Assembly: GCA_018651725.1 (NCBI GenBank)
Contig: JABIDK010000014.1
Location: 70,625-134,624 of the forward strand
Reading direction: 5' to 3'
DNA: 64,000 bases
Source of the DNA: Candidatus Falkowbacteria bacterium
GTDB taxonomy: Bacteria > Patescibacteriota > Patescibacteriia > JAACEG01
Both the position numbers and the translations under genes were made by a program. The notes beneath the pieces are model-generated. The model saw only the letters and a program-made list of their open reading frames with translations, was not told the DNA's origin and ran no database searches. Positions 10,346 through 20,514 of the stretch are shown in pieces. How positions within the stretch are numbered: position 1 is the first letter of the stretch; the number at the start of each line of letters is the position of its first letter.

Positions 10346-10395
10346 AAACTTAAATAAAATTAACTTTTTTTATCAGGTTAATTTTATTTAAGTTT
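10346..10395. promoter_or_regulatory. Perfect 19-bp inverted repeat (AAACTTAAATAAAATTAAC / GTTAATTTTATTTAAGTTT) with a 12-nt spacer, upstream of the pyrD-like gene
   Basis: Read directly from the sequence. It lies 55 nt upstream of the 10451 start. It could be an operator or an RNA hairpin. Confidence 0.4.
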
Positions 10396-10450
10396 GAACA
10401 TTACAATTTATTTTATTTTCAATTTTTAAAATCATACAAAGGAGATTAGC

Positions 10451-11428
10451 ATGAAACTTAGAGGGATTGATTTTGGTAATGTTTTTTCGGCTTCAGGCAC
10501 TTTGAATAATTTTGGTGAGGGGTGGGAACCATTTCACAGTTTGAAGAAAAAACTTTCAGGATTTGATTTTACAGGGTCTACTTTTATTTCAAAAACTACA
10601 ACAATCGATTCGCGGATGGGAGAAAAAGAGAAAGAACAAGGTAATTTGGAACTTAATCCGCAGACATTGCAACCAGTAAAGTTATTTCCCGATTGTATTA
10701 AGGTTAATTGGAGAAAAGGCGAAGTTTTAAACGCTGTTGGGTTAAGCGGACCTGGATTTGAGACTCTGCTTAGAACGGGGCGTTGGCAAGAAATTAAACA
10801 ACCATTCTTTATCTCTTATATGGCTACTCGAGCAACTAAAGAGGAGCGATTAAAAGAGGATGAAGAATTTGTAAGATTGCTTTTGGAAAATATTGAAGAT
10901 TTTAAAACTAAAATTGGAATCCAGTTAAATATTTCCTGTCCAAACATAAAAGGTGATTTAACTAGCTTTATACATGAAACAGATGATCGTTTAAAAGTTT
11001 TAGCTCGTCTAAATATTCCAATTAGCGTTAAGATTAATGTTTTGACTCCTATTGAAGCCGTTCAGAAAATTATTGATGGTGGAAATTGTGACGCAATTGA
11101 AATTCCTAATACTTTGCCGTATGGGGAGTATCCTAGTATAGTAAATTGGGAAAAAAAATTTGGACTTGAATCACCATTAAAAAAATATGGTGGCGGAGGA
11201 TATTCAGGAAGAGAAAATTTTTTTCTAGCAGTAAATTGGACTAATAGAGCTAGGCGAGCTGGAATCAGTATTCCGATTATATGCGGAGCAGTTTCTAATA
11301 AGAGCGAGGTAGAGTTAGCGCATAGTGTTGATGCCAGTGGAATCGCCTTTGCTCGTCTATCTATAGTGCGACCATCGCAAGTAAAGCCAATAATTGATTG
11401 CGGAAAGTATATTTTTCGTGACAGGTAG
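10451..11428 (+). CDS. pyrD: Dihydroorotate dehydrogenase-like TIM-barrel flavoprotein (class 1 type)
   Basis: 325 aa. Blocks NVFSASGT, NAVGLSGPGFE, LNISCPN (catalytic Cys as in class 1A) and GGGGYSG align with L. lactis PyrDA. Confidence 0.6.
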   Translation: MKLRGIDFGNVFSASGTLNNFGEGWEPFHSLKKKLSGFDFTGSTFISKTTTIDSRMGEKEKEQGNLELNPQTLQPVKLFPDCIKVNWRKGEVLNAVGLSGPGFETLLRTGRWQEIKQPFFISYMATRATKEERLKEDEEFVRLLLENIEDFKTKIGIQLNISCPNIKGDLTSFIHETDDRLKVLARLNIPISVKINVLTPIEAVQKIIDGGNCDAIEIPNTLPYGEYPSIVNWEKKFGLESPLKKYGGGGYSGRENFFLAVNWTNRARRAGISIPIICGAVSNKSEVELAHSVDASGIAFARLSIVRPSQVKPIIDCGKYIFRDR

Positions 11429-11438
11429 GAGGTAGATA

Positions 11439-12491
11439 ATGATAAAGACTTATAGAAAACCTTATAATATGCATATACATTTTCGGACAGGGCCAATGTT
11501 GATTAATGTTTTGCCTTTTACATCTATTGCTTTTCAAGGCGCAGTGCCTTTCGGTAATACTTTTGTAACAGAAGCAGATGACGTAGTTCGTTATAGAAGA
11601 GAGATTCTAGTTCATGCTCATAAAGGTTTCAACCCTATTATGTCTATCATGCTGGTAAACAAAACTACGCCTGAAATAGTTGAAGAATCTTTTTTGGCAG
11701 GTGCTCGAGTTTTAAAATGGATTCCTGGTGGAACATCCACTAATTCCAAAGACGGTGTCTCTCTCCTGGATATGAAAAAGTATTATCCGGTATTTGCTAA
11801 AGCTGAATCTTTGGGAATGATTGTTTCTGTTCACTGGGAAGCTATTTTGAATTTTGCCAGCGGAAAAGAAATCCCAATGTTATATCGAGAAGAGGCCGCA
11901 ATTCAATTTTTTGTTCAACTTGCAACTGATTTCCCAGGTTTGAAAATTGTTGCTGAACATATTACAACTAAAGAGATGGTTAAAACAGTTGAAATATTGT
12001 ATGGTATGGGTTGTAATGTAGCAGCCACTATTACCTCACATCATCCAGTGCTTACTTATAGTGATGTGTGTGATGCTGATGGTAATGTAATTAATCCTTT
12101 GAATTATTGTTTGCCAATTGCCAAGTTGGATCAAGATAGATTAGCTATCAGAAAGGCTATGGTAAGTGGAAAGCCATATAATTTTTATGGAGGAGACAGT
12201 GCTCCACATCCAATTTTTTGGAAGTCACTTAAGTTGTTAAAAGGGAAGAGTCCAAGGGCAGGAATTTTTTCTGCGCCTGTTGAAATACCGCAACAACTTG
12301 AAACTTTTGAAAAAGAGGGTGCATTGGACAAGTTTGAAGATTTTCATTCTGTATTTGGGCCACAATTTTATGGCATACCACTAAGCCAGGAGACTTTAAC
12401 CGTAAAAAAAGAAACCTGGCGCGTTCCTTATGAATACGAAGGTATTCCAATTTTTCGAGGGGGAGAAGAGTTAAGTTGGCAAATAGCCTAA
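11439..12491 (+). CDS. pyrC: Dihydroorotase, type II (E. coli-like)
   Basis: 350 aa. HIHFR, EHITTKE, AATITSHHP, YCLPIAK, GGDSAPH and FGPQFYGIPL are collinear with E. coli PyrC. Confidence 0.85.
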   Translation: MIKTYRKPYNMHIHFRTGPMLINVLPFTSIAFQGAVPFGNTFVTEADDVVRYRREILVHAHKGFNPIMSIMLVNKTTPEIVEESFLAGARVLKWIPGGTSTNSKDGVSLLDMKKYYPVFAKAESLGMIVSVHWEAILNFASGKEIPMLYREEAAIQFFVQLATDFPGLKIVAEHITTKEMVKTVEILYGMGCNVAATITSHHPVLTYSDVCDADGNVINPLNYCLPIAKLDQDRLAIRKAMVSGKPYNFYGGDSAPHPIFWKSLKLLKGKSPRAGIFSAPVEIPQQLETFEKEGALDKFEDFHSVFGPQFYGIPLSQETLTVKKETWRVPYEYEGIPIFRGGEELSWQIA

Positions 12492-12560
12492 TGAATTAAA
12501 AAACAAGATAAGATTAAAATATTTGATCCAAAAGGATTATATATACTTTTAGAATGTTAA

Positions 12561-12590
12561 CCCCGCTGAGCAGAATTCAGTGGGGTTTTT
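12561..12590 (+). terminator. Rho-independent terminator after pyrC
   Basis: CCCCGCTGA-GCAGAAT-TCAGTGGGG (one G:U pair) followed by TTTTT. Confidence 0.65.
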
Positions 12591-12847
12591 AATTGCTACA
12601 ATAGTGAAGTAAAGGGAAAATATATGAAACCGATTGATTAGAGTCCGGACACTAGGGCAAACATAATAAATAAGTACACTTTTTAGTGTATTTTTTTGTT
12701 TATCAATTGTTTGAATAAATAATAAATTAAATAAAAAATGTTTTAGGCACATTACCCTATTTTTCTTGACTATTTTTTTATTTTATATATAATATAGATA
12801 ACTCTTAAATAGACCTGCAAAGGGTCTATTTTAAAATACAAAAATTT

Positions 12848-13051
12848 ATGATTATTACGAATAATAAATTAGTAAATTATGTTAAAGCGTCTTATTCTGA
12901 GATGCGGAAGGTTACTTGGCCAACTAAAGAAACAACCATTAAATTAACATGGGTTGTGGTTCTTATCAGTCTTTTTGTAGCTGCTTTTTTAGGTAGTTTA
13001 GATTTTGGTTTTTCTCAAGTAGTTAAAAAGATAATTTCTACTTTTAATTAA
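12848..13051 (+). CDS. secE: Preprotein translocase subunit SecE
   Basis: 67 aa with a single C-terminal transmembrane segment and a typical SecE N-terminus (VKASYSEMRKVTWPTKEE). It is immediately upstream of nusG. Confidence 0.75.
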   Translation: MIITNNKLVNYVKASYSEMRKVTWPTKETTIKLTWVVVLISLFVAAFLGSLDFGFSQVVKKIISTFN

Positions 13052-13066
13052 TAAAAAAGCTAATAT

Positions 13067-13609
13067 ATGGCTAAACAAATTTCTCAAGGTAGACGTTGGT
13101 ATGTAATTCATACTTATTCCGGTTATGAAGAAAATGTTGCTTATAATTTAAGGCAGCGTATTGAATCTCTTGGCATGGAAGATAAGATTTTTAATATTTT
13201 AATTCCAACAGAAAAGAAAATAAAAATAAAAAACGGTAAAAGAAAAGTAATTACAGAAAAGATTTTCCCAGGTTATGTTTTAGTTGAAATGACCGTAACA
13301 GATGAATCTTGGTACGTTGTTAGAAACACTCCGAATGTGACTGGATTTATTGGTTCAGGAATTACACCGGTACCGATTTCACAGCAGGAAATTGAAGGCT
13401 TACAAAAAAGAATGGGAGTGGAAGAGCCAAAGTTCAAGATTGATTTTACTGCCGGAGCAGTTGTAAAAATTATAGACGGACCTTTTAAAGGTTTTGAAGG
13501 AAAAGTTTCAGAGATAGACGAAGACCGAGGAAAAATTAAAGTCATGGTATCGATGTTCGGGAGGGAGACCCCGGTAGAGTTAGATTCTCTGCAGGTTAAG
13601 AAAATATAA
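13067..13609 (+). CDS. nusG: Transcription termination/antitermination factor NusG
   Basis: 180 aa. It has an NGN domain (WYVIHTYSGYE, GYVLVEM) and a KOW motif at the C-terminus. Confidence 0.9.
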   Translation: MAKQISQGRRWYVIHTYSGYEENVAYNLRQRIESLGMEDKIFNILIPTEKKIKIKNGKRKVITEKIFPGYVLVEMTVTDESWYVVRNTPNVTGFIGSGITPVPISQQEIEGLQKRMGVEEPKFKIDFTAGAVVKIIDGPFKGFEGKVSEIDEDRGKIKVMVSMFGRETPVELDSLQVKKI

Positions 13610-13631
13610 TTAAAATTAATCATTAAACAGT

Positions 13632-14057
13632 ATGGCTAAAAAAGTAAAAACAATTATTAAATTACAAATTCCAGCAGGGAAAGCTAATCCGGCTCCTCCG
13701 GTTGGTCCGGCCTTGGGTCAACACGGTTTGAATATTGCTGAGTTTTGTCAAAAGTTTAACGCTGCTACTCAGGATAGGGGCGGAGATGTTGTGCCTTGTG
13801 AAATTTCTGTTTATGAAGACAGGAGTTATGATTTTATTTTAAAAGTTTCTCCGGCTTCAGCTTTAATCAAAAAAGCGATTAATTTAAAAAAAGGATCAGG
13901 GAAACCTTTGACCGATAAAGTTGGGGAAATAACCAAAGCTCAATTAAAAGAAATCGCTGAAAAGAAAATGCCTGATTTGAATGCTAACGACATTGACGCA
14001 GCCATGAAAATTATGGCCGGAACCGCCAGACAAATGGGGGTAGAAGTTGTTGATTAA
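13632..14057 (+). CDS. rplK: Ribosomal protein L11
   Basis: 141 aa. It carries the [19 protein letters not shown] signature. Confidence 0.95.
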   Translation: MAKKVKTIIKLQIPAGKANPAPPVGPALGQHGLNIAEFCQKFNAATQDRGGDVVPCEISVYEDRSYDFILKVSPASALIKKAINLKKGSGKPLTDKVGEITKAQLKEIAEKKMPDLNANDIDAAMKIMAGTARQMGVEVVD

Positions 14058-14121
14058 AATTATTAATTAAATTGTGGGAGGTGGATTTTATTTTCATCGT
14101 TAGTACCACGAATAAAACATT

Positions 14122-14802
14122 ATGAAAAAAGAAAAAAAAGAAGTAAAAGCTACAACAGTAGTCGACAAAAATAAAGCCTACCCTATTGAGGAGGCTGTAA
14201 AATTAACCAAAGAACTTTCAAAAACAAAATTTGATTCTTCAATTGAAATTCATCTTCGTTTAGGGATTGATGTTAAAAAAGGTGATCAACAGGTCCGGGG
14301 AACAGTAGTGTTACCACACACCGTGAGCAAGCCAAAAAAGATTATTGCTTTTGTGGATGCAAGTAAAGAAAAAGAAGCCAAAGATGCCGGAGCGGATATT
14401 GTTGGGACAGAAGAAGAGATTCAAAAAATAAAACAAACTAAAAAAATAAATTTTGATATCGCGATTGCTACTCCGGATATGATGAAAAAATTAGCTCCGA
14501 TTGCAAAAGTTTTAGGACCAAAAGGAATTATGCCTTCTCCTAAAAATGAAACTATTACCACTGACTTGAAAAAAACCATTGGTGAGTTAAAGAAAGGAAA
14601 GGTTGCTTTTAAAAATGATGATACCGCTAATATTCATCAAATAGTCGGAAAAATTTCTCTTGACGATAAAAATATTTTAGAAAATTATCAAGTATTTTTA
14701 ACGGCGATAAATAAAGCTAAGCCCTCCGGAGCAAAAGGAATTTATATTAAAAATATTTCCATGTGCTCAACAATGGGGCCTGGAATAAAAATTGAGTTAT
14801 AA
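14122..14802 (+). CDS. rplA: Ribosomal protein L1
   Basis: 226 aa. It follows rplK and has conserved L1 blocks (RGTVVLPH, KVLGPKGIMP). Confidence 0.93.
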   Translation: MKKEKKEVKATTVVDKNKAYPIEEAVKLTKELSKTKFDSSIEIHLRLGIDVKKGDQQVRGTVVLPHTVSKPKKIIAFVDASKEKEAKDAGADIVGTEEEIQKIKQTKKINFDIAIATPDMMKKLAPIAKVLGPKGIMPSPKNETITTDLKKTIGELKKGKVAFKNDDTANIHQIVGKISLDDKNILENYQVFLTAINKAKPSGAKGIYIKNISMCSTMGPGIKIEL

Positions 14803-14874
14803 TACTTTAATACGTTTGTTTGGTAGATTTTATTTTCTAAAAATAAATTTTACTCAGCACCCTGTGAATAATTT

Positions 14875-15228
14875 ATGTTAAATGCTAAAAAAAAGGAAAA
14901 AGTTATTAAGGAGTTTCAACTCCACAAAGGAGATACCGGTTCGTCTGAAGTTCAAATCGCTATTTTAACCAAAGAAATTGAAGAACTGGCAAAACATTTG
15001 AAAAAACATTACCATGATTTTTCTTCTCGAAGAGGACTTCTTAAAAAAATTTCGCAAAGAAAGAAATTAATAAAATATTTAATGAAAGAAAACGCTGACA
15101 GCTTGTTTAAATTGGCTAAAAAGTTAAAGTTAAAAATCGCTAAAAAAATAGAAGAACAACGAGCCATTGAAGCAGAGGAAAAAGCTATTTTAGAAGAAAA
15201 GGCTAAGAAAGAAAATAATAAAAAATAA
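14875..15228 (+). CDS. rpsO: Ribosomal protein S15 with a K/E-rich C-terminal extension
   Basis: The GDTGSSEVQIAILT...HYHDFSSRRGLL core is S15. At 117 aa it is about 28 residues longer than usual, with a lysine/glutamate-rich tail. It sits directly upstream of pnp. Confidence 0.85.
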   Translation: MLNAKKKEKVIKEFQLHKGDTGSSEVQIAILTKEIEELAKHLKKHYHDFSSRRGLLKKISQRKKLIKYLMKENADSLFKLAKKLKLKIAKKIEEQRAIEAEEKAILEEKAKKENNKK

Positions 15229-15237
15229 AATTATATT

Positions 15238-15265
15238 CAAGAGACGCGATAAATCGCGTCTCTTG
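15238..15265 (+). other. Perfect 13-bp stem-loop (CAAGAGACGCGAT-AA-ATCGCGTCTCTTG) after rpsO; terminator or processing site
   Basis: Perfect palindrome 10 nt after the rpsO stop. It lacks an immediate U-run. Confidence 0.4.
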
Positions 15266-15382
15266 AAAGTTTAAACAACTTGGTCTATAGATAAATAGCA
15301 CTGTGAAATATATTTTTCATAGTTCTGTAATTCCATAGATTTGTTACATAATAAGCTATGTAACGAAATTTCCAGATTTTGA

Positions 15383-15448
15383 GGAAATTTCTATGTAAAA
15401 TTTTTTGCTTATGCCTTAGCATAGGCCAAAAATTTTACAGAGAAATTT
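15383..15448 (+). promoter_or_regulatory. Long imperfect hairpin in the pnp leader; candidate RNase III autoregulatory stem
   Basis: GAAATTTCTATGTAAAATTTTT ... AAAAATTTTACAGAGAAATTT is an inverted repeat with a GC-rich inner palindrome (TATGCCTTAGCATA), about 70 nt upstream of the pnp start. Confidence 0.4.
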
Positions 15449-15514
15449 ACCAAAATATGGGGATTGCAGTAGTAGTTTATTATTTAATAAATCTACCAGA
15501 CCAAGTCAAAATTT

Positions 15515-17749
15515 ATGAGAAAAATGAATGGTGAACAATCGTTTACCACCAAATGGCTTGGTCGAGATCTTACCTTTAAAACAGGTAAATTGGCCAAACA
15601 TGCAAATTCAGCCGTAACTGTACAGTACGGCGAAACAGTTGTTCTAGCAACAGTTGTAGAGTCAAAAGAAGAAAAAGATATAGACTGGTTTCCTTTGATG
15701 GTAAGTATTGAGGAGCGTCTTTATGCTGCCGGAATTATTAAAGGATCTCGTTGGATAAAACGCGAAGGTCGTCCAACCGACGAAGCTGTTTTAGCCGGTA
15801 GAATGATCGATCGATCTATTCGCCCGTTGTTTTCAGGGGAGTCAAGAAAAGATGTTCAAGTTATGTTAACTGTTTTGTCGGTTGACAAAGAGAACGATCA
15901 CGACATCGTTGGCCTTGTTGCTGCTTCTGCGGCTTTGGCTATTTCCGGTGTTGATTGGGATGGACCGATTGGCGGAATTCGTGTTGGTAAAATTGAAGAT
16001 AAATTTGTTTTTAACCCTACCTATGAAGAGCGCGAAAAAAGCAATTTGGATTTAATCGTAGTTGGAACAGAGCAGAAGACAATTATGATTGAGGCCGGAG
16101 CAAAAGAGGCTAAAGAACAAGAAATATTTGAGGCAATTAAAGCCGGGCAAAAAGAATTGCAAGGCGCTGTGGAATTAATTAAAGAAATGAAAAATAAAAT
16201 TGTTGTGGACGAAGATAAGAAAGTAGAAGAAAAATTAAGCGAAGCAGAAATCGAAGCTAGAGAAGAAAAAACAAAACTTATTAACATTGCCAACGAGTGG
16301 TTAAAAGAAAATGTTAATAAAATATTATTTAATAAAGAACACTATAAAACAAAGAAAGAACGCAAAGCTTCAGTTACGGCAATTAAGACTGGTTTGAATG
16401 ATTATTTATTTGATAAAGGAATTGAAAAAAATGACCGTACATTTGCTATTAAAAAAACAGTTGAAAAGGCAATCGATGGCGAGGTTACAAGAGAAATAGT
16501 AGACAACGAAAGAAGAGTTGACGGAAGAGGGTTAACAGAGATCAGAGGATTGGAGGCCGATGTTGAGATTTTGCCAAGAAATCACGGAGCTGGACTTTTC
16601 TCCAGAGGAGAAACACAGGTAATGTCTATTGTTACTTTAGGACCTCCGGGGTTGGAACAACTTTTAGAAGGAATTGAAGGAACAGGCACTAAGAGATTTA
16701 TGCATCACTATAATTTTCCTCCGTTTAGCGTTGGTGAAGCAAGACCTGTTTTTGGCCCAAGTCGAAGAGATATCGGTCATGGCGCTTTAGCTGAAAAAGC
16801 TTTGGAACAAGTTATTCCTTCTAAAGAAGATTTCCCATATATTATTAGAATAGTTAGTGAAACTCTTGGTTCAAACGGATCATCTTCAATGGCATCAACT
16901 TGTGCCGCTACCCTAGCTTTGATGGACGCTGGAGTACCAATCAAAAAACCAGTCGCTGGAATTGCAATTGGTTTGGCATCAAATGATGATATGAGTAAGT
17001 GGAAAGTTTTAACAGACATTCAAGATTTGGAAGACGGTAAAGGTGGAATGGACTTTAAAGTCACCGGAACCAGCGAAGGTATTACCGCTATTCAACTTGA
17101 TACAAAAACAAACGGCTTAACCGAAGAAATTATTGCTCAAGCCTTAAAGCAAGGTCGTGAAGCAATTAATCAAATTTTGAATGTGATAAATGAATCAATC
17201 GCAGCACCAAGAGAAGAGCTTTCAAAATATGCGCCACGAGTTATTACTTTGAATATTAATCCCGAAAGAATTAGAGATGTTATCGGGCCGGGTGGAAAAA
17301 TTATCAACAAAATTATTGACGAAACAGGAGTATCTATTGATATCGAAGACGACGGAAGCGTGTTTATTGCATCTGCTGAAGCCGAAGGATTAGAAAGAGC
17401 TGTGCAGTGGGTGAAAGATTTGACTCACGAAGTGGAAGCCGGAGAAGTCTATGAAGGAAAAGTTGTACGAATTATGGACTTCGGTGCTTTTGTAGAAATT
17501 TTACCAGGCAAAGATGGTTTAGTTCATATCTCTGAACTGGCTCACGCCAGAACTGAAAAAGTTGAAGATGTTGTAAAAATTGGAGATGTTATCTCCGTGA
17601 AAGTAATCGAGATCGATAAAATGGGAAGAATTAATTTGTCATTTAAAGCTACACAACCAATGCCGGACGGTCCAATAAGTAAAGATTTTAATAGTAGAAA
17701 AAAAGATGACAAACCAGGTGGATTTTTCAAAAGAAAACCAAGGAGATAG
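15515..17749 (+). CDS. pnp: Polynucleotide phosphorylase (PNPase)
   Basis: 744 aa with two RNase PH domains, a KH domain (VIGPGGKIINKI) and an S1 domain. It continues the classical rpsO-pnp linkage. Confidence 0.95.
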   Translation: MRKMNGEQSFTTKWLGRDLTFKTGKLAKHANSAVTVQYGETVVLATVVESKEEKDIDWFPLMVSIEERLYAAGIIKGSRWIKREGRPTDEAVLAGRMIDRSIRPLFSGESRKDVQVMLTVLSVDKENDHDIVGLVAASAALAISGVDWDGPIGGIRVGKIEDKFVFNPTYEEREKSNLDLIVVGTEQKTIMIEAGAKEAKEQEIFEAIKAGQKELQGAVELIKEMKNKIVVDEDKKVEEKLSEAEIEAREEKTKLINIANEWLKENVNKILFNKEHYKTKKERKASVTAIKTGLNDYLFDKGIEKNDRTFAIKKTVEKAIDGEVTREIVDNERRVDGRGLTEIRGLEADVEILPRNHGAGLFSRGETQVMSIVTLGPPGLEQLLEGIEGTGTKRFMHHYNFPPFSVGEARPVFGPSRRDIGHGALAEKALEQVIPSKEDFPYIIRIVSETLGSNGSSSMASTCAATLALMDAGVPIKKPVAGIAIGLASNDDMSKWKVLTDIQDLEDGKGGMDFKVTGTSEGITAIQLDTKTNGLTEEIIAQALKQGREAINQILNVINESIAAPREELSKYAPRVITLNINPERIRDVIGPGGKIINKIIDETGVSIDIEDDGSVFIASAEAEGLERAVQWVKDLTHEVEAGEVYEGKVVRIMDFGAFVEILPGKDGLVHISELAHARTEKVEDVVKIGDVISVKVIEIDKMGRINLSFKATQPMPDGPISKDFNSRKKDDKPGGFFKRKPRR

Positions 17750-17755
17750 TAAACT

Positions 17756-18661
17756 ATGTTTTTAATTTTTAAAAACATTACTAAAGCAATCAACAAAAAA
17801 CCTCTTCTGCAAAAAGTTGCAAGAGGTTTTTTGGTTTTAGTTATTTTAATTTTTGTTTGGTGGATTTTTGGATTAGAGTTTAAGGATCAGACAGTTATAA
17901 AAATTAAAAATAATACACATTTGTCGTCTTGGGAAAAAGCAAAAATATTTTTTTACAAACCATTTTACAATAAAGCCTCTGTCATTCCTGTAAAGACAGG
18001 AATTCAAAAGAATATTACAATAAATAATATTAACTTAAAAGATTTGTTATTAGCATATGAAAATTTAACTAAAAATTCTTTTGTTTCAATTTTAGGTTTA
18101 GATAGTTTAACAAATAATTTTTCAAAAGAACAAGAAGAAGGTATTTTAGAAATTTTAAATGGACAAGCAAGCGTAGTTATAAATACGAAAGACGGAAATT
18201 ATTATGGAAAAATAAAATTAGCTAATACTAAAAACATTGAAACTAAACTTAATAATTTTGAAAAAGCGATTACGCGATCCCTGGCTATTTTATCACCGGA
18301 AAGTAAAAAAGTAATTTTGCCTGACAGCACTTATATTTATGAGTTAGTGATGAATCAGGAAAAATTTTCTTTTGAAGACAAAGAAATAGACAATAAAAAT
18401 GCAAGATATATAAAAGAAGATAGTTTTAATTTCGAGTTTATATATTATATAGAAGACGACACAATATTTTTCTCTAATTTATTTGATGAGTTAATACAAG
18501 AAGATAACAATAAAGAAGAGTCGTTCGTTACGATCCCAATGAAGTTTTTAGATAATTTTGATTTTGTCCAAGAAATTTTAGGTGAGAATAAAGAAAAATA
18601 TAATATAGTTGTTTTAACGGAAAATAAAAAATTAAAAGAAACAGTTTTGATTTTTAGATAA
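17756..18661 (+). CDS. Hypothetical membrane-anchored protein
   Basis: 301 aa with an N-terminal transmembrane segment. It starts 7 nt after pnp. Confidence 0.4.
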   Translation: MFLIFKNITKAINKKPLLQKVARGFLVLVILIFVWWIFGLEFKDQTVIKIKNNTHLSSWEKAKIFFYKPFYNKASVIPVKTGIQKNITINNINLKDLLLAYENLTKNSFVSILGLDSLTNNFSKEQEEGILEILNGQASVVINTKDGNYYGKIKLANTKNIETKLNNFEKAITRSLAILSPESKKVILPDSTYIYELVMNQEKFSFEDKEIDNKNARYIKEDSFNFEFIYYIEDDTIFFSNLFDELIQEDNNKEESFVTIPMKFLDNFDFVQEILGENKEKYNIVVLTENKKLKETVLIFR

Positions 18662-18739
18662 TGTTGTCTTGGCAACTTTTGTTAATATGATAAACTGTAA
18701 GTAAGAGCAAAATATATTTGCAGTTCACAAGATTTAATC

Positions 18740-20491
18740 ATGTTTAAAACAAACTCTAAAATTGAAGATAAATTTACAAACCTTGTTGTCAAGGAGATTT
18801 TTGGGTTGCTTGGGAAAGTTTTAGATAAAAAAGATTTGAAAAATTTGGAAATTGTTTACTCTCCGGAGCCGGAGATGGGGGATTTTAGTTTGCCTTGTTT
18901 TACTTTGGCAAAAACAGAGAAAAAGTCTCCGGTACAAGTTGCTAAAGATTTGGCAGGGAAAATAAAACTAAAAAAAACCGGGATTATTAAAAAAGTAAAA
19001 AACGATGGCCCTTATTTAAATTTTTTCGTTAATGATGTTAAAAGAGCTGAAATTGTTTTGACTGATATTTTTAAGAAAAAAAATAAATTAGGCGAAAATA
19101 ATTTTGGCAAGGGTAAAACCGTAATGATTGAATATGTTTCACCAAACACTAATAAACCTCTTCATCTTGGACACGGCCGGAATGCTTTTTTAGGGTTTGC
19201 TCTTTCTAATATTTTGGAGGCTAATGATTACAAGGTAGTTAAAGTTTGTTTAGTTAACGACCGAGGAATACATATTGCCAAATCAATGCTTGCTTATCAA
19301 GAAAAAGGCAAGAACGTAATTCCTGAAGATATTGGAATGAAAGGGGATCATTTTGTTGGCGATTATTATGTTTTGTTTGATGATATGAAAAAGAAGAATA
19401 AAAAAGTAGAAGATGAAGCTTATGAATTACTTAGAAAATGGGAGAAAGGAGACAAAAAAACAGTTGAACTTTGGAAGAAAATGAACAACTGGGCGCTAGT
19501 CGGGATGAAAAAGACCTTTAAAAAAATTGGAATTGAATTTGATAAGCTTTATTTTGAAAGTGATATGTATAAGGAAGGTAAAGATATTATTGAAAAAGGT
19601 TTAAAAGAAAAAAAGTTTGTTAAAAAAGATAAAGCTGTTACAGCCGATTTAAGTAAGTATAATTTGCCGGATAAAATTTTACTTCGTAGCGATAACACAG
19701 CTTTGTATATTACTCAGGATATTTATTTAACTTATTTAAAATATAAAGATTACAAGCCAGAAAAAATAATTCATATTATCGGCTCTGAACAAGACTTGGC
19801 ACAAAAACAACTTTTTGCCATAATGGATAGCTTAGATTTTAAACAAGCAAAAAATTTGCACCACTTAAGTTATGGAATGGTTAATGTTGAAGGAGGAAAA
19901 TTAAAATCCCGAGAAGGTACTAGAGTTGATCTTGATACTTTAATAAAAGATTTAGGTAAAATGGCAAGTTTGGAGATCAGAGCCAGGAATGAAAAATTAA
20001 ACGAAGAAAAATTGGAAAGAAGAAGTGAAAAAATCGCTCTTAGCGCACTTAAATATTATATTCTACAATACGGACCAAAATCAATTGTGAATTTTAATCC
20101 CAAAGAGTCTTTATCTTTTAATGGAAAAACCGGGCCATATTTACAATACTCTTATGCTCGGATAAAAAGTATTTTGAAAAAGTCAGGAGAAAAAATTGAC
20201 AAAAAAGTTGATTTTTCAAAATTAAAAAATAAAGAAGAAAAAGAACTCTTAAACTTACTAGGCAGATTTTCTGAAACTATTAAAGAGTCTGGAGAAAAAT
20301 ATGACCCTTCAGTTTTGGCAAAATATTTATATGAACTCGCTAAAGCTTTTCACGGTTTTTATCACTCTTCTCCGGTCTTGGATACAGACAAAAAAACAAA
20401 ACAAGCCCGCTTGCTTTTAATCCACTCTACTGCCGAAGTTATCAAAAAAGGACTGAATTTATTAGGAATTGAAGTGTTAGAGGAAATGTAA
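18740..20491 (+). CDS. argS: Arginyl-tRNA synthetase
   Basis: 583 aa class I enzyme. It has the PNTNKPLHLGHGRN HIGH region and an anticodon-binding C-terminal domain ending in M. Confidence 0.9.
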   Translation: MFKTNSKIEDKFTNLVVKEIFGLLGKVLDKKDLKNLEIVYSPEPEMGDFSLPCFTLAKTEKKSPVQVAKDLAGKIKLKKTGIIKKVKNDGPYLNFFVNDVKRAEIVLTDIFKKKNKLGENNFGKGKTVMIEYVSPNTNKPLHLGHGRNAFLGFALSNILEANDYKVVKVCLVNDRGIHIAKSMLAYQEKGKNVIPEDIGMKGDHFVGDYYVLFDDMKKKNKKVEDEAYELLRKWEKGDKKTVELWKKMNNWALVGMKKTFKKIGIEFDKLYFESDMYKEGKDIIEKGLKEKKFVKKDKAVTADLSKYNLPDKILLRSDNTALYITQDIYLTYLKYKDYKPEKIIHIIGSEQDLAQKQLFAIMDSLDFKQAKNLHHLSYGMVNVEGGKLKSREGTRVDLDTLIKDLGKMASLEIRARNEKLNEEKLERRSEKIALSALKYYILQYGPKSIVNFNPKESLSFNGKTGPYLQYSYARIKSILKKSGEKIDKKVDFSKLKNKEEKELLNLLGRFSETIKESGEKYDPSVLAKYLYELAKAFHGFYHSSPVLDTDKKTKQARLLLIHSTAEVIKKGLNLLGIEVLEEM

Positions 20492-20514
20492 TTTTAGCTT
20501 ATAGCTTTTAGGTT

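Noticed and set aside
12600-12847. Expected tRNA-Trp or rpmG upstream of secE.
   Set aside because: I searched the 250-nt region by eye for a cloverleaf (acceptor and T-arm complementarity) and for a small Cys-rich ORF. Neither is present. Only a weak hairpin (AGTACAC...GTGTATT followed by T7) and a promoter-like TTGACT-16-TATAAT were seen.
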